A stretch of DNA of 43,599 nt, filler included, from Catajapyx aquilonaris (Eukaryota), in NCBI GenBank assembly GCA_000934665.2. It is 2 parts of 2 records of this genome, joined end to end, with 100 filler letters (N's around TTAATTAATTAA, not from the genome) between each part and the next. Parts side by side here need not be neighbours in the genome. Positions count along the whole stretch, not along the records: positions 21,843 to 43,599 come from KZ539451.1; 1 more part is not named here. One strand, given 5' to 3'. Positions within the stretch are counted from its first letter, which is position 1. Each line of letters begins with the position of its first letter. A model generated the notes under the pieces. The model worked only from the letters and a program-made list of their open reading frames with translations, had not been told where the DNA came from and made no database searches. This document shows, piece after piece, positions 24,749 to 36,717 of the stretch. The position numbers and the translations under genes are program-made.

Positions 24749-24852
24749 ATACCATAAGTGTGGAATCTTCGGACTCAAAGGAACAGAGTGAGGAATTGAC
24801 AAGCTGCAGGACCACAGAAGAGATCAGGCAGGAAATGGATAGGATATACCAG
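24749..24852 (+). CDS. Unknown gene, exon 7 (DTISVESSDSKEQSEELTSCRTTEEIRQEMDRIYQ)
   Basis: tttttcAG / GTtagt, phase 1-0. An upstream in-frame acceptor would start the exon at 24701 (+16 aa). Confidence 0.8.
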
Positions 24853-25296
24853 GTTAGTTAAGCAAGTTCAGTATCACTGACAGTATATTTTGGGAGATTT
24901 ATTCCATTGCCAACTAGCTGTTAACATTTTCCCTACAAAATAAATCTGGTCTATGTGTAAGGTACACACAATGCCTAAATAGTTTTACAACCTCTCCCAG
25001 CTCAAATGCAGTATTTTTGCATGTTGCTGAAAAAATCATTTAACTCTGATTGTCTGTCAGGTTCTCTGTCTTCCCCCATGATTAACTCAAATAAAGAGCC
25101 ACTCATTTACCCTTATAAAGGTCCTTATCCTATGTAAGATAAAATGAATTTTGCTTCAAGTACAGGCTACCTGACTATATGCATATCCTTAAGCCGTAAC
25201 AATACCCTAAACCAAATGAACAAATGAAGGCAGGCCTTAGCTTACTTTATAGTAGTGCGCTGATCACCTCTCATTTCTCTTTCCTGGATATTTCAG

Positions 25297-25437
25297 AAAG
25301 AAATTAGACGTCTTGACCGAGAACAGCACAGTTTTACGTTGCAAATTGAAAGATGTGAAGTGGGTGAAATCAGGTGCGATCTGCTTTCCAAGATTTATGC
25401 AGAAATACAGGAATCCGGCCCATGCTGGAGTGAGAAT
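25297..25437 (+). CDS. Unknown gene, exon 8 (KEIRRLDREQHSFTLQIERCEVGEIRCDLLSKIYAEIQESGPCWSEN)
   Basis: Pyrimidine tract + tttcAG / GTaagt, 141 nt, phase 0-0. Confidence 0.8.
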
Positions 25438-25652
25438 GTAAGTTTTGTGTGCTTTTCAATAATGTGTTTATTTAGACAGGCAAAGCAGGCAGCCTATTGA
25501 TCAGTTCTATAGAGCAAAGAATCAGTCAATCCAATCATTGACTTATTATTATTACTGTTGTTGTTGACAAGTTTGAAATGAGGTCTATGGAACCTATCTC
25601 TAGGCCACCCATTTCGCTTGTCTTAATAATGGTTTATGTATAAAATGGATAA

Positions 25653-25689
25653 AGGCCCATTCACACAGACGGCCTGTGTGAATGGGCCT
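25653..25689. mobile_element. 37-bp minimal PIF/Harbinger-like MITE
   Basis: 16-bp perfect TIR aggcccattcacacag, 5-bp spacer, TAA on both sides. Confidence 0.7.
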
Positions 25690-25699
25690 TAAGTTCCCA

Positions 25700-26110
25700 A
25701 TTTTTGTTGTTTTTGTTTTTGTTTACCCCATTGGAGGGAACGAAGCCCTTTTAGGGGGGTGGATTTCCACCATATGAATGATTTTCCTATTTTTCTTCAG
25801 ACTCCGTGCAAGGACAATTAGGGAAGTAGGGTCACGATGGGGGGGGGGGGGGGGGNNNNNNNNNNNNNNNNNNNNNNNNNNNNNNNNNNNNNNNNNNNNN
25901 NGGTGCAAGTGCAATGTCTGAAAAGGGTCATGTGCAGTCCCCAGGAGGCCGGTTGCCAAGACACCTCCTTAGGCGCATGCCAGAGACCCACTGACGCAGG
26001 CGAAAGGTAACTCCCAGGCGGGGATTAGAACCCAGGACCTTTCACACAGCAAACCGAACCTTTCACACAGCAAACCGAGACATTACCATCTCGACCACAG
26101 CACCTTCCCC
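25700..26110 (-). mobile_element. SINE family E (spans an N gap at 25856-25901)
   Basis: tRNA-like head at 26110-26015 with a 19-bp tandem duplication; tail cccccctaaaagg...ggggtaaacaaaaac. Confidence 0.65.
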
Positions 26111-26220
26111 AATAAGTTACTAATTAAAACATGATATTTCGTCTATCATGAGTAAATGAGAGGAATTCAAAAAAAATGTGATTATGACTATTAATTGCCA
26201 GTTGTGTCAATGACAATATG

Positions 26221-26998
26221 GAAGGGTTTGGTTCAAAAACCAGATCTGTCCACCTTTGAGCAAAAATGAGTTATTCCGGGTTCTGCCATCTTGGGGCAAT
26301 TCTGCATCTTTCGGTTCAAAAATCGGACCTGTCACTCTCTCCACTGAGGAAATATAAGGCAAAATTACAGATCTTGCCTCACATTTTGGCGCAAGAACCA
26401 GATTTGTCCATAGACAGGTCTTACTTCTGCTTCAAGGATACAGTGCATCCCAAAGCTTTTCCCAGGTCTCCTGATCTGAGGGATTCTGGGTCTGAATGAG
26501 TTTTGATAACATGGAAATGGCATACTAAGGCCCTCTGCATGTTAATTACAAACAAATGCAATGACATCATGCATTTGGTGAAGAAGTGGCACCTGCATAT
26601 GACATGCATTGGTGTAAGACATTAAAGTGCAGCAGTACGGCTGAACAGAGTGATCAGGAATCTGATGATGAATGAGGTGATGATTTTGTAACACTATGTA
26701 CGCCTATAATTGAGAAAAAAAGTTTATTCATGCTCATAACATACACAAATAATTTTATTTGGACATATCTGGTTCTCATTCAGTGCAAAAATACTTGTCC
26801 ACATGATAGTCTACTCAAGAATTATGTAATATGCACCGTACAAACTTCATATTTTGATGCATGTTGACTTTGGTATCCTCCTATTAAACAAAAAATTATC
26901 TGTAGAAACATTATTGAAATTTTCCGGATATTCAGTATTTATTTGTATTCTCAGAAGTAACAAAAGTGGACAGATTTGGTTTTTGCCTGAAACCATTC
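26221..26998. mobile_element. Non-autonomous DNA element with imperfect TIRs
   Basis: aaaaaccagatctgtccac versus gtggacagatttggttttt; motif repeated near 26396 and 26761. Confidence 0.6.
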
Positions 26999-27392
26999 AA
27001 TTAGGGACAATCTCCAATTACATGTAGATAGTCACATTGCATAATAACAGCTCTTGATAATAATAAACCCTTAGTAGATAGTGGAAGGAGTTTCTATTAA
27101 TATCTTGTGATATTCCAGATCACCTACAATGCAGGGCATGTAGTTAAGTACATAATTATGTAAAAATGCATAATGATCAGTATGTTGGTAGTTCTCATGC
27201 AGATGTGACACCTAGAACTCTCTCATGATCCACATATCAGACCTGGGTCCCTATTCAGGCTACTTGTTGAGTGATTTTTAAAAATCTATGAAACATTATA
27301 CCATGAATTTTTAAATAATTTTCTGACACTTTTGTTGAGGCACGTTCAAACCTTTCAACCATATATGAGGGCGAATTAACCATCCCCCATAG

Positions 27393-27483
27393 CTTGCGGT
27401 ACCCAGGCGTTACGTAAAATGACCAAGCTTGTAACATCTGAAAAGGCAAATAATAAAGGTACTGTGTCAGATGCACTAAACCC

Positions 27484-27550
<67 letters not shown>
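27393..27550 (+). mobile_element. Isolated 3' tail (as in SINE D copy 2) + (ATT)n
   Basis: gcggtacccaggcgttacg...aataaaggtac.gtg.cagatgc...actaa matches 35103-35215. Confidence 0.75.
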
Positions 27551-27552
<2 letters not shown>

Positions 27553-28021
27553 ACCCAACATTATAACAATCCATTCTGTGCCTGGCTGTTGGACTGAGAG
27601 GTCGCAAGAGTGGATGTTCCATCACCAACATGGATCAACACTGGAGACTCATTTTTACATAGTTTTTATATGATTTTTTGTATATTTATATGTGTGTATT
27701 GCGCATGTGTTTGTGTATCTGTATGTATTCATGTCATCCTTTTCATTATCATCCTATTCATTATATCCTCTGCGTGGCCTGACCAGTCACCAGAGGATTC
27801 ATTATACTGGTCATTCGAGATGGCCAGGTGGACTGTACCTGGTCATCGCTGGTAACCCCATCTTGATGGGAATATGCCATGAAGGAAATGAAATAATGAA
27901 TGAATGAATTATAATAATAATAATTATTATTATTATTATTATTATTGTTATTATTATTATTATTATTATGTTGCAAAGGTATAACTGAATACATCAAAAA
28001 TTTCCTAATATGCCATTGCAG

Positions 28022-28120
28022 ACGGACAAACTGTTTGAGGAATATCGCACCTACGTCAACAAAATGAAGCTCTTGGATGAGATGATTCATGCAGTCGATA
28101 TCCAAGAAGAAGAAGAATGA
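28022..28120 (+). CDS. Unknown gene, last exon (TDKLFEEYRTYVNKMKLLDEMIHAVDIQEEEE*)
   Basis: ctaat branch-like motif + ttgcAG, phase 0, TGA at 28118-28120, AATAAA at 28311. Confidence 0.7.
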   Translation, partial: TDKLFEEYRTYVNKMKLLDEMIHAVDIQEEEE

Positions 28121-28310
28121 TATGAATGGAGAGCAGAAATTATGTTCCAACCACAAAAAATTATTTTAAAAACTTCACTGATAATTGTTTATTATCAGTG
28201 ATTTAATATTCATACCCATAATATATTTGATTGGCATGACATTATATTATGTATATATTATGTATAAGATACAAATTACGTGTTTTAAAGGTCTAGCTGC
28301 AAATGCTATG

Positions 28311-28316
28311 AATAAA
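28311..28316 (+). terminator. Candidate polyadenylation signal AATAAA of the unknown gene
   Basis: AATAAA ~190 nt after the stop codon. Confidence 0.4.
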
Positions 28317-28706
28317 ATACCATTCAGGTTATATCCTTGCACATCAATGTGGAACAAACAGCATCATGGCTGTAGAGGTGCATATCACTTCACAGTGCTT
28401 TCCTTTATGGCAGTAGTCTGGAACCAAACCCATCACAAGCGAGGTATGCCTGCATTTTACTATAAGGCAAGCTGCAAAAGTACTCTACAAAGGCAGGTAA
28501 GTAATCTATCTGAGTGAGAATGGACCATGTGGTGATTTCTCACTGGACTCTCGCTGTGCATGTTAATGAGCCATGGATTTGTCAGACAGGCACTGTACAG
28601 TACACGTACCATGCATAGGCATGGTTATGTATGATATTATTTACAGGTGATTTGTGGTGTGACTAGTGAATGATATGAGAATCTGTTATGGAGGAAAATA
28701 TGCCTA

Positions 28707-28934
28707 AAGGCCGCTTCACAAACTCAGCGTTGCGAAAGCGGGGCGTGTAGGCCTTCCGCTCATCGCACGCAGAAAGTCCACCCGGTTGGACGCCATCGCA
28801 ACCCCCGCGCTCGGTCATCGCACGCAGCATTTGTGAATAGCCCTTCTCAACTTTTCCGCGTTCCTCACGCCCCGAGTTTATAAAACGCGCATTTCGCCCC
28901 ACTTTCGCAACGCCGAGTTTGTGAAGCAGACTTA
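28707..28934. mobile_element. PIF/Harbinger-like MITE
   Basis: gcttcacaaactcagcgttgcgaaag versus ctttcgcaacgccgagtttgtgaagc; TAA-type flanks. Confidence 0.7.
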
Positions 28935-29897
28935 AGAGACTGGTAATGATGAGGGTATAGGTCCAGGTTTATGGTGATGTTTCCTGCTCAAGGTGAATAA
29001 TCGACAAACACAGAAACTCCACTAACTTGTATTTCACAGCATCATAGTCTCTTACAAAATATACATAACAACAATAAAATTGTTTTCAGGACTTAAAAGA
29101 CTACAAGACATAGGAAATGCACTACCATATTCCCTGCCTGTAAGTCAAACGAGGTAACTAACTAGGGTACCAAAATATATTGCATGTTCTCCAAGGGTTG
29201 GAGTTGTCAATGGATCAAAACTATGAACACAAACAAAACTCAAATACATGAACATGGCTTCCTGGACTCTTTCATTTTAGGCACAACTGCCTGACGTAGT
29301 TCAGCACATCAGATGACAAAATGGGAATCACTCGAGTATAACAGGTACTGAATTATATGTAGCATATATCCTGCCTAAGATGATGTAACATACCATACTT
29401 TGCTTTAAATTCGTCTGGTCTGAGACAGGATATTATTATGTCCTCATTACTGCTCCATAAAAATTCTGTTTTTGGAAAGTCATCATCAATAACATAGAAA
29501 ATGGATTCAAGGCAAGTGGCGAAATGCATCAGGGGAAGCTCACTGTTCCATTTTACAAAAAGGAGGACTTGCCTGGTCAAAGGGGGAACACTAGCCTAAC
29601 TGTATCAAATCTCTCCAAACCTCACTTCATTGATGTACTAACTTAAGAACTCCATATCTCAAAATTGAGCCAAATGTTACAGAACCTGAGATATGGCGAA
29701 AGCCTCACCAACTCCAGATTTCTGGTGCCACCCCTGCTATGCCTAACCACTTCAGCCTTACATTCTACTTAAAGCACACTTCTATGGTACTCAAGAAATC
29801 TCATGTCATTGATGTGTACATTTACAAAATGTGGATATAAGTTAGGGTGCACTGACAGTCAAAATTACCTCCAAATTATTTTTCTCAAGTTATGTAA

Positions 29898-30485
29898 TAC
29901 GAGGGGTGTTAGGAAAGTATTTCCACTTAATTTTTTGCCACAAATACAGCGAGGGCCCTTGCAGGTTGGCAGATAGGCACACATTATCGATAGAACCCTC
30001 TGGACCCGAATGCACTGGCATCATAGGTATATCAACCTCTCCAGGCCCTCCAGGAAACAAGTTTTGGAGGTGCAGTGTACCCACTCCAGGACAACTGCTT
30101 CATGTTCAACAATGCCCTCGAAATGGCGTCGGCAAAGAGGTTTTTTCATGGATCCGAACAGGTGAAAGTCACAGGGGGCCAGACCAGGGGATTACAGCAG
30201 GTGTGGAAGCATCCAAACCCAGACACATGAAAAAATCCCTTCGCCGATGCCATTTCGAGGACATTGTTGACAGCTGTTGACTATAAGCAGTTGTCCGGGA
30301 ATGGGTATGCTGCACCTCAAAACATGGTTCCTGGAGGGCCTGGAGAGGTTGACATACCTATGATGACAGTGCATTTGGCTCCAGGAGGGTTATATTGATA
30401 ATGTGTGCCTATTTGCCGACCTGCATGGGCCCTGTATTTGTGGCAAAACAAATAAAGTGTAAAGACTTTCCGAACGCCCCTCGTA
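29898..30485. mobile_element. Mariner-derived palindromic MITE, copy 1
   Basis: TA-CGAGGGG...CCCCTCG-TA; ~250-bp arms encode decayed mariner C-terminus; SPGLAPCDF in the centre (minus strand). Confidence 0.88.
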
Positions 30486-31234
30486 TTAATCTCTTGGTAT
30501 GGCATTTTGCATGCCAACTTGATTTAATTGTTCTCCTCAAATAGGTAGTGAATAGTGCATTTCTGCATCAAACATTGATGCTTGTGGGTTTTTTTAGCAA
30601 GGACCATTAGCTACACTGTAGTACTCATGACGCATTTGCTGAGATGATTTCAGAATATTATATTTCTAATCATATACTGCTGAAATTTCAACATTGCATG
30701 AAATAAATGTTTCATTGATGCCCTCTCTGCATACTTGACCCTTTAATTTCATTCAATCACAGTAAAGATCAGTATTTATATTAAGTGTCATTTACAAGCA
30801 TGAGATGTTTCCTCCTTTCCTAATACACATAGTGTGTCCAGGTCCTTTCAGCTATGGCACATTTCACCCGAAGTTGTTACTTTTGTGTTGCTTTTTGCAC
30901 CATGATTGAGGTGCCCAATTATTTAGCTGCTATATTCGACCACCCCTAGGAATAGTTGGGCACCTTTATTGAGGCAAGAAAAGCTACAAACCATAACAAC
31001 TTTGGGCAAAACTTGTGGTAGCTAAAATGACCCGGATACTTGGAATACATTGTATTTTGTCGCTCTAAAGTAGCTCAGCATTTTACTAATAGAGAGACAT
31101 CTTTTGTGCCAGTACATACTGCACCATTTTCTGTACACTAAAATCAATTGTAGCAGTTTCAATTTTAGCAATCCTGTTAATGTTACCCCAGCCCCTGCAA
31201 CTGTCATGTATGTACTTCAAAGATATGCCCTAAA

Positions 31235-31396
31235 TACAGTAAAACTTCGATATAACGCTCTTCAAGGGCCAACCCAAAAGTAGCATTATAAGCGGGATAG
31301 CATTACATGCGGGAGAATTTACCTTATGGAAATGATCAAGGGACCGGAAAAAAGGGGCATTAAAAGCGGGAAGCATTATATCGAGGTTTTACTGTA
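31235..31396. mobile_element. pogo/Tigger-like MITE
   Basis: TA-cagtaaaacttcgatataa...ttatatcgaggttttactg-TA. Confidence 0.8.
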
Positions 31397-32190
31397 GTTT
31401 ATTCCGTGTTATGAAAGAGTCCTTTACTGGAGGTCATTTTTTGTCAAGGCACCATTAAATTTATCCTTCTCACATCCAGTAATTTGTAAATTATTAGTTG
31501 GAAAACTGTCACCGGTACCACATTTACTCACATACAACTTGCACCTCATATACATGCACTTTTGATCCATACTTGGTTGTGTGTCAGAAGAGGAATAAAA
31601 ATTCTTTTTCATAACATGTATGTACTGTACATTTAAATTCTGGTGTAGTATTATGAACAAATCAATTTTCTTACAATATGAGAGTCTTTAAAAGTCAAGG
31701 AGCTATTAGGGGCCGGTTGTATGATTGATGATCAGTCCACAACAGGTGGTCGATCCATGCTATTCACATAGGATTCACATGTTCTGGATTTACTATCAAT
31801 CTTGCAACAGGACCTAAATGAATTTTCACAGATGCCTGAATATTATGAAAATATGTGCATGTTATCACAGCAAAAAATCAAAACTTAATCACTTAACCTG
31901 CATCCCCATTTCTTCCTTCACAAATCAAATTGAAAAGTGTTCGTTATAAGTGAGTAAACGCTGCAATTATCTTTTTGCTAGAGTTGCCATCCTTTTGGTA
32001 AGTAACCATTGGTAAGCTCGTTGGCAACACCACTGGTAAAAACAGTAACTATCTCATTACATACAACAGATATATAAAAATTTAGTTAAATAGCTTTGGT
32101 ATGCATTCTGCACCTTACTGGAAATTTTATAACCTAAACATTGCATTGATTGCATTAACTTGACATTTGGCCAAACTAAACCAAAGTGAC

Positions 32191-32376
32191 TCAGGCCTGC
32201 CTAGTAGCCACTTGATGCTTTGGAGTTGATGCCTTCCCATTGCTGTGGGTAGAGATGTAACGCAAGCTGGACATGCCGTGTCCGCTCCAATCACCAGTCT
32301 GTATCGATGCCCTGTAGTGCTTACTGGAGGTCTTGTTGAAGATTGGCAGGAGTTCATTGGCTTCATTTGACAGTGC
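32191..32376 (-). CDS. PDK: Pyruvate dehydrogenase kinase, last coding exon
   Basis: ALSNEANELLPIFNKTSSKHYRASIQTGDWS...QA*, with the C-terminal DW motif; closely resembles insect PDK. Acceptor ttacAG at 32378-32377, phase 0 matches the previous exon; TGA at 32193-32191. Confidence 0.95.
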   Translation of the reverse strand, partial: ALSNEANELLPIFNKTSSKHYRASIQTGDWSGHGMSSLRYISTHSNGKASTPKHQVATRQA

Positions 32377-34867
32377 CTGTAAATAACAGCCAGTTATCAT
32401 CTGCAATTGGATCACAGTTGGTCTGAACACTCACGACCCAGACTTTCTTCTACTTCCACTATAACACCACCTTGTATTTTTGGCCTATTAAAACAACCCA
32501 TGCTCATTACCCACCATCTTTCCCTAGATTTCCCACCTATCCATATGAACCATTTTCATTGCTCTTTGATTACACTGAGCCCCGCCCTTTACTGTCGTGT
32601 CTGTCACCCTATGCAGTACTCTTCAGAAGGGCCCACAAAAAAGCAGAGTCTGTTGTCCAATGAGATGATTCAACTTACAACATTGCGGCAAGCTGAATCA
32701 CTTACAGACATAATATAAAATAATCCCCATTTAGTTTCCATTTGATGTTTCGTGAAATAAACTGCACATCATACTACTGGAAGAGTGTGGTACCATATTG
32801 TAATATAAATAAGTGACAGAGTTCAATTAATGTAGATATCTAGGGGACCTCCCCCATGTAGAGGCGTGAAGCCTCCCAGGGTTACAGAAACTAAACTAAA
32901 CTAAAACACTAAACTAAACTAAAAATAAAATAATGTACAGTAGAGGAGACCGGGGCACGATGGCTGCAGGGGTATGATGGCACAGTGAAATTTGTGAAGA
33001 GACTATTAGGTTCACAAACCTGATGCTTATGTGGTAGGTACAGATAGACATGCTCCACATTACATACTATTTTCAATTCAATTGCAAAAGACTGTCGGCG
33101 ACAGTACGATTTTTTTTCAGTTTTTGCCCATGTCAGAAAACTCTCTTTCATTCTTTTTTCTTTTTTCTTCCAATGCATGTGCTAGATCATCAAGCCAAAT
33201 AATGCGTTCGCAAGGCAGAATATCTGCCGAGAAAATCACAGCATAAATGGCCATTTAATATTTGCCACTCATGAGTAGAACTTGAAAGGTAAAAAAAACT
33301 GCCTATGAGGCATGTTGGCACACCTTGGAGCAGGTTGGCACACATGTTCCTACCAACCTTGTCAGGCTATGGTGATCTCTATACTCCCTCTTCCCTGTCT
33401 CCCAGATGCTGGCTACTTGCTGTTTAGCTAGAAAGATGCTATGTTAGCTCACAAGAGCCCAGTGATGGTTGGAAGGTGGTGTAATATGCATATGCAATTA
33501 ATAAGCAGCGCCGGCGCAGACTGGTCGTGGGGCCCGGTGCCAAAGTCAGGCACGGTGCCCATACAATCGGTGGCGGTAGGGGGTGGGGAGGGGGGAGGGG
33601 AGGAATTCAGGGCCACTATTTTTATCTGCCTATTCCTACACACACATTGGTAACATGATTAACTTGAATTTGCACCTTTTTCTCTGAGAAGGGAGGGAGA
33701 AAATTGTCAATTATTGATGGCCTTACTCTATGACGCCTAGTTATGAATTTCTGGAAGGTAAGTGGTCAGGAAAAAATTGCATTAGGTTGTGCCGGAGACA
33801 CAAGCCACAGGTTTTTGATGTGAATACATCTTTAAAATCACAACAGTACTGTGCATGCACGAAAAGTCGGAACAAAAATGGGTGATAATGTTTCGTTACC
33901 ATTACGATGATTATTTTTTAAGCAATCCTCCATGTACTGTCTGTCTTCTTCTTCTAGCACCTTGCGCCTAATGTTGTATGGGTATGGATCGTGGCATTGT
34001 ACTAGTACTCAATGACTCATCCATACGCTCAGTCGCCACAACTTTCTTTCATTGTCTGTACTCTCTCTCTCTCTCTCTCTGTCGTTCTGCATTTGACTTC
34101 TTGGGCTCATTTTGTTCTTTACGAGCAGCTCTTTCATCTTGTATGCATATTTTGTATTCCTATTGAGCTTCCACATGAAATTTCGATGACATTATGAAAT
34201 TTTCACTTTTCAGCAACTTGAAGCTCAGTTTTCACAAAGTCCTCGCCGTTCTCTGTGATTGTTGGCCAATATTAATTGTAGCGTAGTTCGTTAGCTTTTG
34301 AATGACACCACTTTCCCAGTCCTCACTTGACGTAATCAGAATCTGAAGTTACACCGGCCCAAAGCCCGCTGCGCACCATAGATTTTGGTCATTTTGCTGA
34401 TCCCCCCCCCCNAGATACGCCCCCCCACATGCCCCCTGACCTTGAGCACTGGGTCCGAAGGTAATGTCAGGTATGGACATCCTTGGTCTATTCGCCGGTA
34501 TACTGAATGTATATCGTTTGGATGTTGCTTTTAGTTTTGAAATTACAAGACGAAACATTATCAGGCATTTTTGTCATGCTCGACTTTTCATGCATGCCCC
34601 CCAGTTCAGATTTTAATAACATATTAACGTCAAAAAATTGACTTCTTAACTACAGGATCAATGGTCCCAACATTTTCACGGCGCCATATCTCAAACGGCT
34701 CCTACAGGACTAGGGAACATGTGTGCCAAGTGGTACCTTCTTATCACAAAGTGCAAAGTTAAAAACGCTTGGGTCATCCCGGACCAGGTTGGCAACACCG
34801 CATAACTGGTGACCTAATGGGCCGATCAGGTGGCGCCATCTCTCAAATGGCTCTTATAGGCCTAGGA

Positions 34868-35228
34868 GTAGGGAGATGAAGTGGCGCCGCGGTAACGCGC
34901 GCGCCCACGGATATTAAGGTCCCGGGTTCAATCCCCACCCGGGGTTCCCACCTTTATCCGCGCAGAGTTGGGCCATCTCTGGCTTCATTTCGGGTGGCAA
35001 TTTCCGACAGACTAAGCCACCCGGGGGAGTTCACAAAATGACCAAGCAACGACATTGCACTTGCACTTTGCACATCCCCTCCTATTCATTCCCCCTTCGC
35101 TCGCGGTACCCAGGCGTTACGGAAAAAGGACCACTTGTAAAAAAAAGCTTGTACATCTTAAGCAAATAAAGGTACCGTGCCAGATGCCCAATTAGGGCGG
35201 TGCACTAACCCGATTATTATTATTATTA
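34868..35228 (+). mobile_element. SINE family D, copy 2 ((ATT)n tail)
   Basis: 14-bp TSD ttataggcctagga at 34854-34867 / 35229-35242; interrupts one unit of a local repeat whose intact twin is at 34681-34762. Confidence 0.88.
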
Positions 35229-36061
35229 TTATAGGCCTAGGAAACATTGTGCCAAGTTTCACCTTCTTATCACAAAGAGCAGAGTTAACATGCTTAGGAG
35301 CCAGACTACATGCTCCATGCCTTGGGCCATGGTGCCCGGGCACAATGGCATATGTGCAGAGACTTTTTTTATAACATTGCTAGTGGATAGCATATCTAAA
35401 ATGCAAACATGGAAAAAATGGCATATTATGTTCTTAACCCAGATATACCGGGAAAAGTGTTTGTTGAATTTTTGAACTTTTTTTGTTTCTATTAGTTCAT
35501 ATTAATTCCCAAAACACAAAAATCGAGATAAAACCTTTTTCTGAATGCTTGTTTGCAAAAAAATGGCAGTTCCCTATAATTATGGGATGCTAGGAAAATG
35601 TAACTTAGTATGACTATAACAGTTGTTGATTACATTACCGGTACCATGGCAACAGGCGGTGCAAAGAAGGGGATGTAATTGAGTCACAATCAACAACAAT
35701 CGAGGATTGTTGCCACGGTGGCCATGTTAATCAATTGCCATGACTGTAATCTCACTTTATTATATTATATGGAATTATATGGATTCATTAAAATACAGTC
35801 CAACAAAGCGCAGAAAATCCACATACATACTTTACTTGTCCAAATGTGGGTGCATTTGCCTCTTGTGTTTCCCCCAAGGGGACACCAGATTTCAACACTC
35901 CTCTCGGACAAGGAAAGTAAAGAATATGCCTATATTTCCACACCGACATCATCATTCATAAGTTTTGTAAGTATTACCAACAATAAATAACTTATAGCAC
36001 TAATCAATATTTGAAAATTAATTAGTAATCATATTTGGAACGTGAAGGGTGCAGCCATTAT

Positions 36062-36063
<2 letters not shown>

Positions 36064-36130
<67 letters not shown>

Positions 36131-36717
36131 CATACCCCGTTATCAGCCGGCGGCTCTTTAGGGGGAGAGTTCATCCCAATTTTGATTTGACTGGAACTCT
36201 TTGCCTTCATTTTTACTTTGCTTTTTTAAAATAATAATTAATAATTCATACCCCGTTATCAGCCATCGTCTCTTTAGGGGGGAAGTTTGTTTTGCCTGGA
36301 ACGCTTTGCTTTTCATTTTAGTGTGCTCTTTGGGATAGGAAAGGGACGGAAGGAAGCGGCTGTGGCCTATTAATTACGGAAGCAACTCCGGAATTTTCCT
36401 GGAAGGACCGTGGGAAACCACAGAAAACCACGGTAAGAGTTGCCGGCCCCGGGGTTCGAACCCAGGACCTCCCGATTAGCAGTCGGACGCCTTATCCACT
36501 ATGCCAACCTGCTTCGGTACTTTGCTTTTTGGGATAGGATAGGGACGGAAGGAAGCGGCTGTGGCCTAATTATTTAGGAACCAATCCCAGAATTCTCCTG
36601 GGGCGACCGTGGGAAACCACAGAAAACCATGGTTAGGATTGCCGGCCCCGGGACTCGAACCCAGGACCTCCTGATTAGGAGTTGAACACCTTATCCACTC
36701 CACCAAACTGCTTCGGT
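36064..36717 (-). mobile_element. SINE family B (outer copy) with (TTA)n tail
   Basis: TSD tgcagccattattt at 36050-36063 / 36718-36731. Confidence 0.88.
36227..36518 (-). mobile_element. SINE family B (inner copy) inserted in the outer copy
   Basis: TSD tactttgcttttt at 36214-36226 / 36518-36530. Confidence 0.85.

Noticed and set aside
29353..29580. 75-aa minus-strand ORF as a possible exon
   Set aside because: No recognisable motif and no partner exons.
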